Source: an uncultured bacterium (GTDB lineage: Bacteria; Patescibacteriota; Minisyncoccia; Minisyncoccales; RBG-13-42-11). From it: DNA of 64,000 nt. The stretch is from assembly GCA_963790795.1 (NCBI GenBank), contig CAWBPO010000001.1, forward strand, positions 268,073-332,072, in the 5' to 3' direction. The position numbers were made by a program, and so were the translations under genes. Below are positions 24,940 through 34,458 of the stretch, one piece after another. Position 1 is the stretch's first letter. Every line of letters starts with the position of its first letter. A model generated the notes under the pieces. That model was given only the letters and a program-made list of their open reading frames with translations, did no database searches and was not told where the DNA came from.

Positions 24940-26076
24940 ATGAAATACAAAAAACTCAAAAAGACAACTTCTCGAATACCCGTTATCGGACAAGGCACTA
25001 TGGGAATTGGCGGCTATCTCTCAAAAGACACCACCAGTGATGATAGAGACGTTAGGGCGCTAAGACTTGGTATCAAACTAGGAGTGACTTTTATTGATAC
25101 GGCAGAAGGTTACGGGGCTGGGCATTCTGAAGAGCTGGTTGGTGAAGCGATTAAAGGAATCAGGGAAAAAGTTTTCATCGCGACAAAATTTTCTCCCGAA
25201 AACAGTAGTTATCAAAAAGTATTGCGCTCAGCAGAAGAGAGCATCAGAAGATTAAAGACAAATTACATCGATCTTTATCAGGTCCATTGGCCCAATCCCA
25301 AAATTCCTATTGAAGAAACAATAACAGCTATGGAAGATCTTGTTAAACAAGGTAAGGTGAGATATATCGGAGTTAGTAATTTTTCGTTAGGGCAAATGAA
25401 AGAAGCTCAAAAAGCGCTTCGGCAAAATAAACTTTTTTCAACCGAAATGGAGTATAATCTTTTCGACCGTTTTATTGAAAAAGACATACTCCCTTATTGC
25501 GAAAAAGAAAAAATAATAACTATAGCTTATAGTCCTTTAGATCAGGGAAGAATTGTCTCTGAAGAAGAGAACAAGTTAAAAGTATTACGTTCTATCGCCC
25601 AAAAATACGGAAAGACAGTTTCCCAAATAGTTTTAAATTGGCTGGTTTCACATCCAACCGTTATTGCTATTCCTAAAGCAACCGAAGAAAGCTACATTAA
25701 AGAAAATGCCTTAGCTGCCGATTTTGAGATGAGTAAAGAAGATTTTGATGAAATCGACAGAATTTATACTCGCGAAACAATATATGTGCCAGTACAGGAA
25801 ATTAATGTAAGTATAATTGGCCAGGGTGATAGAAAAGTTTATCAAACCCTGACAGAGGCGCTAGAAAATAAACTGAATTTTGTTCCAAGCCCTGCAGATT
25901 TGGCTCAATATATTAAAAATCATCCTGAGGAAGAGATAAAACCAGTTAGGTTAATTCTCGTTCAAGATAGTAAGTTTAAATATGATTTGATAGAAGGGAG
26001 AGTGCGTTATTGGGCTTGGGTTATTGCTCATAAGGGCGAAAAACCCATTCCAGCATATATTAGAAGAAAACTTTAA
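24940..26076 (+). CDS. aldo/keto reductase fused to a conserved ~100-aa C-terminal ParB/Srx-like extension (paralogue B)
   Basis: Same length (378 aa) and motif set as 22834..23970 (FIDTAEGYGAGHSEELVG, NYIDLYQVHWPNP, IGVSNFS). Extension NFVPSPA...KPVRLILVQDSKFKYDLIEGRVRYWAWVIAHKGEKPIPAYI. Confidence 0.8.
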   Translation: MKYKKLKKTTSRIPVIGQGTMGIGGYLSKDTTSDDRDVRALRLGIKLGVTFIDTAEGYGAGHSEELVGEAIKGIREKVFIATKFSPENSSYQKVLRSAEESIRRLKTNYIDLYQVHWPNPKIPIEETITAMEDLVKQGKVRYIGVSNFSLGQMKEAQKALRQNKLFSTEMEYNLFDRFIEKDILPYCEKEKIITIAYSPLDQGRIVSEEENKLKVLRSIAQKYGKTVSQIVLNWLVSHPTVIAIPKATEESYIKENALAADFEMSKEDFDEIDRIYTRETIYVPVQEINVSIIGQGDRKVYQTLTEALENKLNFVPSPADLAQYIKNHPEEEIKPVRLILVQDSKFKYDLIEGRVRYWAWVIAHKGEKPIPAYIRRKL

Positions 26077-26125
26077 AATAAGTAATTATTAAATAGGTCG
26101 AATTAGAATAATTTTAATTAAAAAT

Positions 26126-26878
26126 ATGGAAAAAAATATTCCTAAAATCTATAACAGTCCTGAAGAAAAAACAATTCGGGAACAATTTGTCGAATATTTT
26201 AGAAAGTGTCCCATTCCGAACGATCAGATTCTTTCTAATCTTGGATTGTTTCTAAATTCCAAGAACCTTTCAAGGATTATTTTTATGGATTATCTTTACA
26301 GGAAAATTATTGATGTTCAAGGAATTGTTGTTGAATTTGGAACGTGGTGGGGACAAAATTTATCTTTATTTTCTGCTCTTAGAGGAATATATGAACCGTT
26401 TAATCGTCACAGAAAAATAGTTGGTTTCGACACTTTTACCGGCTTTCCTTCTATTTCAGAAAAAGATGGCAGTTCCGATCTTGTAAACAAAGGAAATCTT
26501 GCCTTAACCGAGAATTACGTTGACTACTTAAAGAAAATAATGGAATTTCAAGAAAAAGACAATCCTTTGTCCCACATTAAGAAATTCGAGATTGTGCCTG
26601 GAGACGCTACGGTAACAATAAATAAGTTTCTTGAGGACAATCCGGAAACAATTATTGCTCTCGCTTATTTTGATTTTGACATTTACGAGCCCACTAAAAA
26701 ATGCTTGGAAGCAATTAAACCCAGATTAGTGAAAGGGAGTATTTTAGGATTTGACGAGCTTAATGACCATGATTCGCCTGGCGAAACCTTGGCGCTTGAT
26801 GAAGTCTTCGGATTAAACAACATAAAATTAAGGAGATATCCTTATGCTTCAAGGACTTCTTATTTTGTCGTTGAATAA
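26126..26878 (+). CDS. TylF/MycF-like (macrocin-O-methyltransferase family) SAM-dependent sugar O-methyltransferase
   Basis: GIVVEFGTWWGQNLSLFSAL..., RKIVGFDTFTGFP and IALAYFDFDIYEPTKKCLEAIKPRLVKGSILGFDE follow the family architecture. Confidence 0.6.
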   Translation: MEKNIPKIYNSPEEKTIREQFVEYFRKCPIPNDQILSNLGLFLNSKNLSRIIFMDYLYRKIIDVQGIVVEFGTWWGQNLSLFSALRGIYEPFNRHRKIVGFDTFTGFPSISEKDGSSDLVNKGNLALTENYVDYLKKIMEFQEKDNPLSHIKKFEIVPGDATVTINKFLEDNPETIIALAYFDFDIYEPTKKCLEAIKPRLVKGSILGFDELNDHDSPGETLALDEVFGLNNIKLRRYPYASRTSYFVVE

Positions 26879-26904
26879 GGAATAATTAGACAGTCAAAAT
26901 AATT

Positions 26905-27894
26905 ATGATAGAAGACAGTATCCTTAAAAGTTTTGCCAAGAAAAACGTCTTAGTAACCGGAGGAACCGGATTGATCGGTAGGCAGGTAGTAGATATTTTA
27001 TGCAATGCTGGAGCGAATGTCAGAATTGTTTCTCTGGATAAGATAAATGTAGACAAGAGAGTCAAGTATATTTTCGGAGACCTTGCTGATTTTGAGTTCT
27101 GTAAGAAAATTACCAAAGGCATGGATTTTGTCTTTCATCTGGCTGGGATCAAAGGTTCAGTTGAAGTAACAAAAAAGAAACCTGCCAGTTTTTTCGTCCC
27201 GCTTTTACAAATGAATACCAGTGTTTTGGAGGCTTGCAGGATAAACAATGTTAAGAAAGTGGTATATACCAGTTCAATAGGCGCTTATGCTTCAGCTGAA
27301 GTATTCAAAGAAGGGGAGAATTTAGAAGGTCCTCCCATGGACATGTTTCCTGGTTGGGCAAAGAGAATGGCCGAGCTACAGATCCAGGCATACAACATTC
27401 AGTACGGCTTGGACAATTTCGCTATTGTCAGACCGTGCAATGTTTACGGTCCCGGAGACAACTTTGATCCGGAAAACGCCATGGTTATCCCTTCGTTAAT
27501 GTATAGAATTTATCACAAGGAGAATCCGGTAGTTGTCTGGGGAGATGGTACAGCAATTCGCGATTTTGCTTTCAGCCGCGATGTAGCCGAGGGTATAATT
27601 CTGGCTTTGTATTTCGGCACCAAATCAAAATTCGTAAATCTGGGGAGCGGTCAAGGATATTCCATCAAAGAACTGGTTGAAACTTTACGAAGTTTTATTG
27701 ATTTCAACTATGAATTTGATGCCAGCAAATCAGGAGGTTTTCCAAGAAGGGTGATGGACATTTCTTTGGCTAAGGAGTTAATTCACTACAATCCGAGCAC
27801 TTCTTTGCCAGATGGCCTGAAAGAAACCTGGAACTGGTTTATAAACAATCAAGATGAGTATTTGAAAAGAAAAAATTATTTTAAAGAATCATGA
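26905..27894 (+). CDS. NAD(P)-dependent epimerase/reductase SDR, GDP-L-fucose-synthase-like (paralogue 2 of 3)
   Basis: VLVTGGTGLIGRQVV, PGWAKRMAELQIQAY, RPCNVYGPGDNF, VIPSLMYRI and VWGDGTAIRDFAFSRDV. Confidence 0.75.
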   Translation: MIEDSILKSFAKKNVLVTGGTGLIGRQVVDILCNAGANVRIVSLDKINVDKRVKYIFGDLADFEFCKKITKGMDFVFHLAGIKGSVEVTKKKPASFFVPLLQMNTSVLEACRINNVKKVVYTSSIGAYASAEVFKEGENLEGPPMDMFPGWAKRMAELQIQAYNIQYGLDNFAIVRPCNVYGPGDNFDPENAMVIPSLMYRIYHKENPVVVWGDGTAIRDFAFSRDVAEGIILALYFGTKSKFVNLGSGQGYSIKELVETLRSFIDFNYEFDASKSGGFPRRVMDISLAKELIHYNPSTSLPDGLKETWNWFINNQDEYLKRKNYFKES

Positions 27895-28421
27895 TTAAAG
27901 TCTCAAAAACAAAACTAGATAACGTTTTATTGTTTCAGCTGGAACATTTTAAGGACTATCGGGGCACGTATACTTCAATTTACAATAAGGAAGAGTTTGC
28001 TAAAACGATAAAAAGGGAGTTGGGCAAAGAGGTGGAATTTCTTGAAGACGATTACGCTTTTTCCAGGAAAAACGTTATAAGGGGAATTCACGGAGACGAC
28101 AGAACCTGGAAACTGGTAACCTGTCTTTTCGGAGAGTTTTACATTGTCGTTGTCAATTGCGACGAAGAATCAAAAGATTTTGGCAAGTGGGAAAAGTTTG
28201 TTTTAACAAGAGAAAACGGCAAGCAGGTTTTAATCCCGCCAAAACACGGCCATGCCTACGCAGTTTTGAGCGACAAAGCAGTTTTCCATTACAAGCAGTC
28301 TTGTTATTACCGGGGCATGGAAAAGCAGTTTACTTACAAGTATGACGATCCAAGGTTTAATATTCCCTGGCCGATAAAAAATCCTATTCTTTCCAAAAGA
28401 GATGAACAAGGACACATATAA
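27891..28421 (+). CDS. RmlC-type cupin sugar-nucleotide 3,5- (or 3-/5-) epimerase
   Basis: FKDYRGTYTSIY, RGIHGDDRTWKLVTCLFGEFYIVVVN and IPPKHGHAYAVLSDKAVFHYKQSCYY match the dTDP-4-dehydrorhamnose 3,5-epimerase family. Confidence 0.8.
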   Translation: MIKVSKTKLDNVLLFQLEHFKDYRGTYTSIYNKEEFAKTIKRELGKEVEFLEDDYAFSRKNVIRGIHGDDRTWKLVTCLFGEFYIVVVNCDEESKDFGKWEKFVLTRENGKQVLIPPKHGHAYAVLSDKAVFHYKQSCYYRGMEKQFTYKYDDPRFNIPWPIKNPILSKRDEQGHI

Positions 28422-28426
28422 AAATC

Positions 28427-29401
28427 ATGTCTATTAATACAAATTATTTTAAGAATAAAAAAGTTTTGGTAGCTGGCGGAGCCGGCTTTGTCGGCACGAA
28501 TTTAATTAAAAAATTGCTTGAAATAGGGGCAAAAGTAAGGGCTATTGATATAAAAGAATTGCAAATCCAAGACGATCGCGTTGAGTATCTCCAGGGTGAT
28601 CTTACAAAAAAAGAAGATTGTCAAAAAGCAGTTAAGGATATTGAATATGTTTTTATGTTGGCGGCGAATACTTCAGGCGCTGCGGTTATGGAGAAAACTC
28701 CACTAGTTCACGTTACCCCAAATATTATTATGAACAGCTTGATGTTGGAATCGGCGTATGAGGCTGGGGTCAAAAAATTCTTATTCCATAGCAGCAATAC
28801 GGTTTATCCAGTTTTAGATCGTCCTGCAAAGGAGGAGGATATGAAATATGGCGATGTTTTCTCAAAATATTATTTTGTTGCTTGGATGAAGCAGTTTTCT
28901 GAAGTTCTTTGCGAAATGTACACAAAGATAAAGAATCCGATGAAAACAGTAGTTACTAGGCCCGCAAATATTTACGGTCCGTATAGCGGTTTTGATCCAG
29001 AAACATCTCATGTAATACCTGCTTTAATAAGAAGAGTGGTCGAGAGAGAGAATCCATTAATTGTTTGGGGTGACGGCAATGATATAAAAGATTTTATTTA
29101 TATAGATGATCTTATTGAAGGAGATTTGTTGGCAATGGAAAAAATCGATAATTTTGAGCCGATAAATATAGCTTCTGGTCAATCATACACAATTAAAGAT
29201 GTCTTAAGGGCTATTTTGGAAGCAGATAACTATCAGGATGCCGAAATTGTTTTTGATGCCTCTAAACCGACTATGATACCAAAACGATTAATTGATAATT
29301 ATAAGGCTAAGGAGCTTTTAGGTTTTGAGGCTAAAACACCATTATTAAAAGGAATTAAGGAAACCGTAAATTGGTATAAGAATACTATTTCAAAAATATG
29401 A
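28427..29401 (+). CDS. NAD(P)-dependent epimerase/reductase SDR, GDP-L-fucose-synthase-like (paralogue 3 of 3)
   Basis: KVLVAGGAGFVGTNLI, RPANIYGPYSGFDPETSHVIPALIRRV and VWGDGNDIKDFIYIDDL. Confidence 0.75.
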   Translation: MSINTNYFKNKKVLVAGGAGFVGTNLIKKLLEIGAKVRAIDIKELQIQDDRVEYLQGDLTKKEDCQKAVKDIEYVFMLAANTSGAAVMEKTPLVHVTPNIIMNSLMLESAYEAGVKKFLFHSSNTVYPVLDRPAKEEDMKYGDVFSKYYFVAWMKQFSEVLCEMYTKIKNPMKTVVTRPANIYGPYSGFDPETSHVIPALIRRVVERENPLIVWGDGNDIKDFIYIDDLIEGDLLAMEKIDNFEPINIASGQSYTIKDVLRAILEADNYQDAEIVFDASKPTMIPKRLIDNYKAKELLGFEAKTPLLKGIKETVNWYKNTISKI

Positions 29402-30396
29402 TTATTACTAGAACGCCTTTTCGTATTTCGTTTTTCGGGGGAGGGACAGATTACCCGGTTTGGTATGAAGAAAACGGCGGGGCCGTATTAAGCACCACTA
29501 TAAACAAATACTGCTATATAACGACAAGATACCTTCCTCCGTTTTTTGATTACAAGTACAGGATAAGATACACTCTCCGCGAGGAAACCAAAGACATTTC
29601 TGAAATAAAGCATCCTTCTGTTAGAGAATGTTTGAAATACCTTAACATTAATCGCGGCATTGAAATGGTTCATGCAGCTGACTTGCCAGCTCGCTCAGGC
29701 CTTGGTTCCAGTTCCGCTTTTACCGTCGGTTTCCTGCACAGTTTGTACGCTTTGACCGGAAAAATGGTAACCAAAAGGCAGCTGGCTCTTGATGCAATTC
29801 ATGTTGAGCAGGATTTGATTAAGGAAAACGTTGGCTCTCAGGACCAAGCAAACGCTGCTTTTGGCAGTTTTAATAAAATAGAGTTTGGCGGCCAGGAGAA
29901 AATACGCGTCCAACCTATAACCATCAGCGGAGAGAAGTTAAAATTGCTTCAGGACCATTTGATGCTGTTTTTTACCGGTTTTTCCCGAGACGCTTCAGAA
30001 GTTGCCGGAGAACAGATTAAAAAAACCCCTTCCAAGGGGCAGGAATTGAAAACAATGAGGCAAATGGTAGACGAAGCAATTAATATTCTTAATGGCGATG
30101 CTGATAAAATTGAGGATTTTGGCAGACTTCTTCACGAGTCCTGGAAAATAAAAAGAAGCCTAACAGATCAAATATCAAACGGTCAAATTGATAATATTTA
30201 CGAAACAGGTCTTAAAGCAGGAGCCTTAGGAGGAAAATTATGCGGGGCCGGCAGTGGCGGATTTATGTTCTTTTTCGCGCCGCCCGAAGCGCAGGCGCAA
30301 ATAAAAGAAAGATTGAAACATCTTTTGCATGTGCCCTTTCGCTTTGATGATTTAGGCAGCCAAATAATTTTTCACAGCGCTCAAGACTTTTTTTAA
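29398..30396 (+). CDS. hddA: GHMP kinase, D-glycero-alpha-D-manno-heptose-7-phosphate kinase
   Basis: IITRTPFRISFFGGGTDYPVWYEENGGAVLSTTINKYCYIT, GHMP motif LPARSGLGSSSAF and C-terminal GGKLCGAGSGGFMFFF. Confidence 0.8.
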   Translation: MIITRTPFRISFFGGGTDYPVWYEENGGAVLSTTINKYCYITTRYLPPFFDYKYRIRYTLREETKDISEIKHPSVRECLKYLNINRGIEMVHAADLPARSGLGSSSAFTVGFLHSLYALTGKMVTKRQLALDAIHVEQDLIKENVGSQDQANAAFGSFNKIEFGGQEKIRVQPITISGEKLKLLQDHLMLFFTGFSRDASEVAGEQIKKTPSKGQELKTMRQMVDEAINILNGDADKIEDFGRLLHESWKIKRSLTDQISNGQIDNIYETGLKAGALGGKLCGAGSGGFMFFFAPPEAQAQIKERLKHLLHVPFRFDDLGSQIIFHSAQDFF

Positions 30397-30400
30397 AAAT

Positions 30401-31003
30401 ATGGACAAAATATTTTTAATCAACAAAGTAATAAAAGACAGTTGTGAAACAAAAAGAAAAATCTTGGAAAACAGGGAGATCTTGTCAATGATTGAAAAAA
30501 TCACTGAAGAAATGATAAAAGCGTTCAAAAGCGGAAAGAAAGTTCTTTTTTGCGGAAACGGCGGAAGCGCGGCCGACGCCCAACATTTAGCAGCAGAACT
30601 TTCCGGGAAGTTTTACTTAGACAGGGATCCTTTGCCCGCAGAACCCTTAAATATCAACACTTCTTTTTTGACTGCAGTGGCCAATGATATCTCCTATGAA
30701 GAGGTTTTTGCAAGATTAATAAATGCTATAGGTCAACCAGGAGATATTTTGGTTGCCCTTTCAACTTCTGGCAATTCAATGAATATTATAAAAGCCATTG
30801 AAGCTGCTAATAAGAAGGAAATGATTACAGTTGGCTTAACTGGGGAAACCGGCGGCAAAGTGAGACATCTTTGCAATTATTTGATTAAGGTGCCATCAAC
30901 TGACACTCCGAGAGTTCAGGAAGCTCATACTTTGATCGGACATATTATTTGCGAAATAGTGGAAAAGGAAATTTTTGGAGATAAAAACATTAAAGAATCA
31001 TGA
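30401..31003 (+). CDS. gmhA: D-sedoheptulose-7-phosphate isomerase (SIS domain)
   Basis: KVLFCGNGGSAADAQHLAAELSGKF and ALSTSGNSMNIIKAIEAA. Length of 200 aa is typical. Confidence 0.85.
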   Translation: MDKIFLINKVIKDSCETKRKILENREILSMIEKITEEMIKAFKSGKKVLFCGNGGSAADAQHLAAELSGKFYLDRDPLPAEPLNINTSFLTAVANDISYEEVFARLINAIGQPGDILVALSTSGNSMNIIKAIEAANKKEMITVGLTGETGGKVRHLCNYLIKVPSTDTPRVQEAHTLIGHIICEIVEKEIFGDKNIKES

Positions 31004-32292
31004 AAGCAGTAATATTGGCAGGAGGGAAGGGTACGCGCTTATTTCCTTTAACCAGAAGGATTCCAAAGGCATTGGTGGAAATAGGCGGAAAATCGGTTAT
31101 TGAACACCAAATTGTGCTTTTGAGGGATTACGGGATTAGAGAAATCTGGATACTTTCCGGCTATTTGAGCAGCCAAGTGAAAGAATATCTTCAAAACGGC
31201 AGAAAATGGAATGTTAATATCCATTATCTGCAGGAGAAAAAACCTTTGGGAACAGCAGGAGCCCTTAAGACTTTGGAAAAGCTAATACAGAAAGATGATT
31301 TTTTAGTTTTGTCCGGAGACGTAATGTTGGATTTCAACATTAAGAGGTTTATCAACTATCACCGCCAAAAGAAAGCTGCCACAATTATTGTTCATCCCAA
31401 TGACCATCCGGCAGACAGCGATTTGGTTGAAGTTGATAATCAAGGGAAAATTATTTCTTTATTAAAACGGCCTCATCCTAAAGCTAGTGTTTTCCGTAAT
31501 TTAAGCATTGCTTCCGTTTATATTTTTTCGCCAAAGATTTTTAAATATATCCCTCAAAGGAGAAAATGCGATATCGAAAAAGATATATTGCCTTTGGTTT
31601 TGAAATCAAAAGAGAAAATTTATGCCTATAATACTCCAGAATACATAAAGGATATCGGGACCCTAAAAAGGCTGAAAGAAGTAAGGGGAGATTACAGTTC
31701 AGGGAAGATCAGGAGAATTAACCTTAAAAATAAAAGGAAAGCCGTGTTTCTCGACAGAGACGGCGTTATCAATAAGGAGGTAGATCAGCTTTCTAGGATA
31801 AAAGATTTTGAATTATATAGTTTTGCCGCCAAGGCCGTAAAAAAGATTAACGATTCCGATTACCTGACTATTATAGTCACCAATCAGCCGATGATTGCTA
31901 AAGGTTTTATGACAAAAAACGATTTAAGTGAAATACATAAAAAATTGGAAACAGAGCTCGGCTTAAGGAGAGCGAAAATAGATGCCATTTATTATTGCCC
32001 CCATCATCCGGAAAAGGGGTTTGTCGGCGAGGTGCCGGAATTGAAAATTAAATGCAGCTGCCGCAAGCCGTTGCCAGGTCTTTTTCTGAAAGCGCGCAAA
32101 GACTTCAATATTGATTTTAAAAAGTCATATTTGGTTGGCGATCAGGAAAGGGATATTCTGGTTGGCAGGAAAATCGGCTGTAAGACTATTCTGGTCAGAA
32201 CCGGTCTCGGGAAAAATTACAAGAACGCCGTTAAGCCGGATTTTATTGCTAAAAATCTGTTAGAAGCAGTTACTAAAATAATAATCAAATAG
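31000..32292 (+). CDS. bifunctional D-glycero-alpha-D-manno-heptose-1-phosphate guanylyltransferase / D,D-heptose-1,7-bisphosphate phosphatase (HddC::GmhB fusion)
   Basis: N-terminal NTP-transferase domain MKAVILAGGKGTRLFPLTRRIPKALVEIGGK. C-terminal HAD phosphatase AVFLDRDGVINKE...VTNQPMIAKG...YYCPHHP...CSCRKPLPGLF...VGDQERDILVG. Confidence 0.8.
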   Translation: MKAVILAGGKGTRLFPLTRRIPKALVEIGGKSVIEHQIVLLRDYGIREIWILSGYLSSQVKEYLQNGRKWNVNIHYLQEKKPLGTAGALKTLEKLIQKDDFLVLSGDVMLDFNIKRFINYHRQKKAATIIVHPNDHPADSDLVEVDNQGKIISLLKRPHPKASVFRNLSIASVYIFSPKIFKYIPQRRKCDIEKDILPLVLKSKEKIYAYNTPEYIKDIGTLKRLKEVRGDYSSGKIRRINLKNKRKAVFLDRDGVINKEVDQLSRIKDFELYSFAAKAVKKINDSDYLTIIVTNQPMIAKGFMTKNDLSEIHKKLETELGLRRAKIDAIYYCPHHPEKGFVGEVPELKIKCSCRKPLPGLFLKARKDFNIDFKKSYLVGDQERDILVGRKIGCKTILVRTGLGKNYKNAVKPDFIAKNLLEAVTKIIIK

Positions 32293-32298
32293 CTTTAA

Positions 32299-33423
32299 AT
32301 GAAATACGATAAAATCAACTTTTTATATAGAACCCCAATTTCAGCTTTCGCCCCAGGTATACTTTATAAGGATTTAGAAAATAATTTAAGAAAAAATGAA
32401 TTATTACATTATGCCTATGATTTATCTGGGAAAGAACCTCTTAATATAAAAGAGTTTTTTAAATATCCTGTTTTATGCATCAATGGTTCCTGGGAACCCT
32501 TATTTGATATTGTAAAATCAATTTCCGGCCGGCAATTTGTTGCCGAACTAAATTCAGAACTTTTATTCAAAGGCGATCATTATAAGGGATTAAAAAAATT
32601 TATAATTCCAAAATTTTCCAGAATAGGAAAATATTTTAAAATTTTAAAAGAGGAGCCGCGGCGAAGATCTAAAGAGTTTTTTGAAGAGTTTAAGATGCTG
32701 TTTAAAATAAATATATCCAAGGACTATTCCTACCCTTATAAAGTAATGGAAGAGAGATCAAAATATTTCAATCTGTATTTTTCTGCATTTGAAGAAGAAT
32801 TAAATAAATATTTCGGAAAAGCTTGCTATTGGTATTGTCCTTGGGTTGATACCGATTTGTTGGACAATATCGCTTTTCCCTTATCAGATAAGATATTATT
32901 TGTCGGAGCTATTCATAAGGAAAGAATAAATTTTTTTAAACAGGACAAAAATAAAATTATTGAAATCAGAAATACCGCGCCCAAAAAAGATTCCATAGAA
33001 AACATTAAAGAGCTGTGTAAATTGATTAATAATTATAAATATACGATTTGCCCCATCGGCGTGACTGATAAGTACATTCCCGGTAAAATTTATGAATACA
33101 TGGCTTGTAAAAGATTGTGTTTCTGTTATTTACCAGAAGGGAGCGCATTTAGAATACAACGGCTTTTTGAAAACGGGAAAGAAATAGTTTATTTTAAAAC
33201 TTTTCCCGAATTGGAAGAAAAATACCGATATTACTTGAAAAATCCTAAAGAAGCTAATCTAATTGCTCAAGCTGGTTACAAGAAGATTAGGGAATATCAC
33301 AATGCCGACATTAGAGCAAAGCGATTTGCTAAAATAATCTTACACCATGCTAACGGTGGGAGATATGATAAATCTTTTAATAATATTTCTTTATTTGGCG
33401 GAAAATCAATTTTAAAATTATGA
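32299..33423 (+). CDS. CgeB-family / GT1-like glycosyltransferase (DUF3880-type)
   Basis: C-terminal GKIYEYMACKRLCF...EIVYFKTFPELEEKYRYYLKNPKEANLIAQAGYKKIREYHNADIRAKRF matches the Glyco_trans_1_2/CgeB tail. Confidence 0.55.
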   Translation: MKYDKINFLYRTPISAFAPGILYKDLENNLRKNELLHYAYDLSGKEPLNIKEFFKYPVLCINGSWEPLFDIVKSISGRQFVAELNSELLFKGDHYKGLKKFIIPKFSRIGKYFKILKEEPRRRSKEFFEEFKMLFKINISKDYSYPYKVMEERSKYFNLYFSAFEEELNKYFGKACYWYCPWVDTDLLDNIAFPLSDKILFVGAIHKERINFFKQDKNKIIEIRNTAPKKDSIENIKELCKLINNYKYTICPIGVTDKYIPGKIYEYMACKRLCFCYLPEGSAFRIQRLFENGKEIVYFKTFPELEEKYRYYLKNPKEANLIAQAGYKKIREYHNADIRAKRFAKIILHHANGGRYDKSFNNISLFGGKSILKL

Positions 33424-33860
33424 AGAAAAAAAATATTTTTTTAGGCATCGGAGTGGGAATAATTCTTATTGTTGGTGGTTGGCTAATATTTTCTGATGAA
33501 ATTAGTCAGTCAATTTTCCAACAGAAAATTAAAATCCTACCAGAGAATATTAAACAGGAAGTAGTTTTGGTTATTGATGATGGCGAGGAGTCACCGAAGA
33601 CTTTTGAAGTAAAGGTTGAAGAGGAGATGACCACTTTTGATTTGTTAAAAAGTAAAACAGAGGAGTTAAATATAGTCTTAGAAACAAAAACTTATGATTT
33701 TGGAGTATTAATTGAAGCGATCGGTGATAAAAAAAATGGAGAAGATGGGAAATATTGGATGTACTATGTTAATGGAGAAATGCCGGTGGTTGCTGCTGAT
33801 AAAAAAGAGATAAGGCTAGGGGATAAAGTCGAATTTAAATTTGAAAAATCACCTTTTTAA
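33420..33860 (+). CDS. membrane-anchored DUF4430-domain protein (transcobalamin-beta-domain-like, candidate cobalamin-binding protein)
   Basis: N-terminal TM, then TFDLLKSKTEELNIVLETKTYDFGVLIEAIGDKKNGEDGKYWMYYVNGEMPVVAADKKEIRLGDKVEFKFE, which fits the DUF4430 pattern (W.Y.VNG...GDxV.F). Confidence 0.6.
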   Translation: MKKKNIFLGIGVGIILIVGGWLIFSDEISQSIFQQKIKILPENIKQEVVLVIDDGEESPKTFEVKVEEEMTTFDLLKSKTEELNIVLETKTYDFGVLIEAIGDKKNGEDGKYWMYYVNGEMPVVAADKKEIRLGDKVEFKFEKSPF

Positions 33861-33863
33861 TTT

Positions 33864-34436
33864 ATGGAAATTTCTAAAAAAGGAAAAATTTTAGAATTTT
33901 CGGTTGCTGTACTTTTAGTTTTAATAGGAGTTAGTTTACGTTTTCTTCCTCATCCTCCCAATTTTACTCCAATTTTAGCCATTGCTTTGTTTGGAGGATT
34001 TTATTTTTCTAGAAAAATAGCTTTTATTTTACCAATCGCGGCGATGGTCATTACTGATGTTTTTATTGGGTATTATGAACTAAAATTAATGGCTGTAGTC
34101 TACGGAAGTTTTCTTTTATGTGTAGTTTTGGGATTTTGGTTAAAGAAAAACAAAAAATGGTACACAATTTTAGGAGGCTCTCTTTTGGCAGCCATTATAT
34201 TTTTTCTTTTAACAAATTTTTCCGTCTGGGCTTTTACCCCTTGGTATGCTAAAACTTTTTCTGGGATAATCCAATGCTATTTAATGGCTTTGCCGTTTTT
34301 CAAAAATACATTGTTAAGTAATTTATTTTATGTTTCTGTATTTTTCAGTGTTTATGAGGTGGCAAGATATTTTATCAGAAAGAAACGTGAAATAGTTTTA
34401 TTAAGCGGTTTAAAATCTATAAATAGAAAATATTAA
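33864..34436 (+). CDS. polytopic membrane protein, DUF6580-like putative transporter
   Basis: LRFLPHPPNFTPILAIALFGGFYFSRK... (HPxNFxPxxAxALFxG hallmark by recall). Five to six TM segments. Confidence 0.45.
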   Translation: MEISKKGKILEFSVAVLLVLIGVSLRFLPHPPNFTPILAIALFGGFYFSRKIAFILPIAAMVITDVFIGYYELKLMAVVYGSFLLCVVLGFWLKKNKKWYTILGGSLLAAIIFFLLTNFSVWAFTPWYAKTFSGIIQCYLMALPFFKNTLLSNLFYVSVFFSVYEVARYFIRKKREIVLLSGLKSINRKY

Positions 34437-34458
34437 AAATAGTCTTATCTATAAAATT

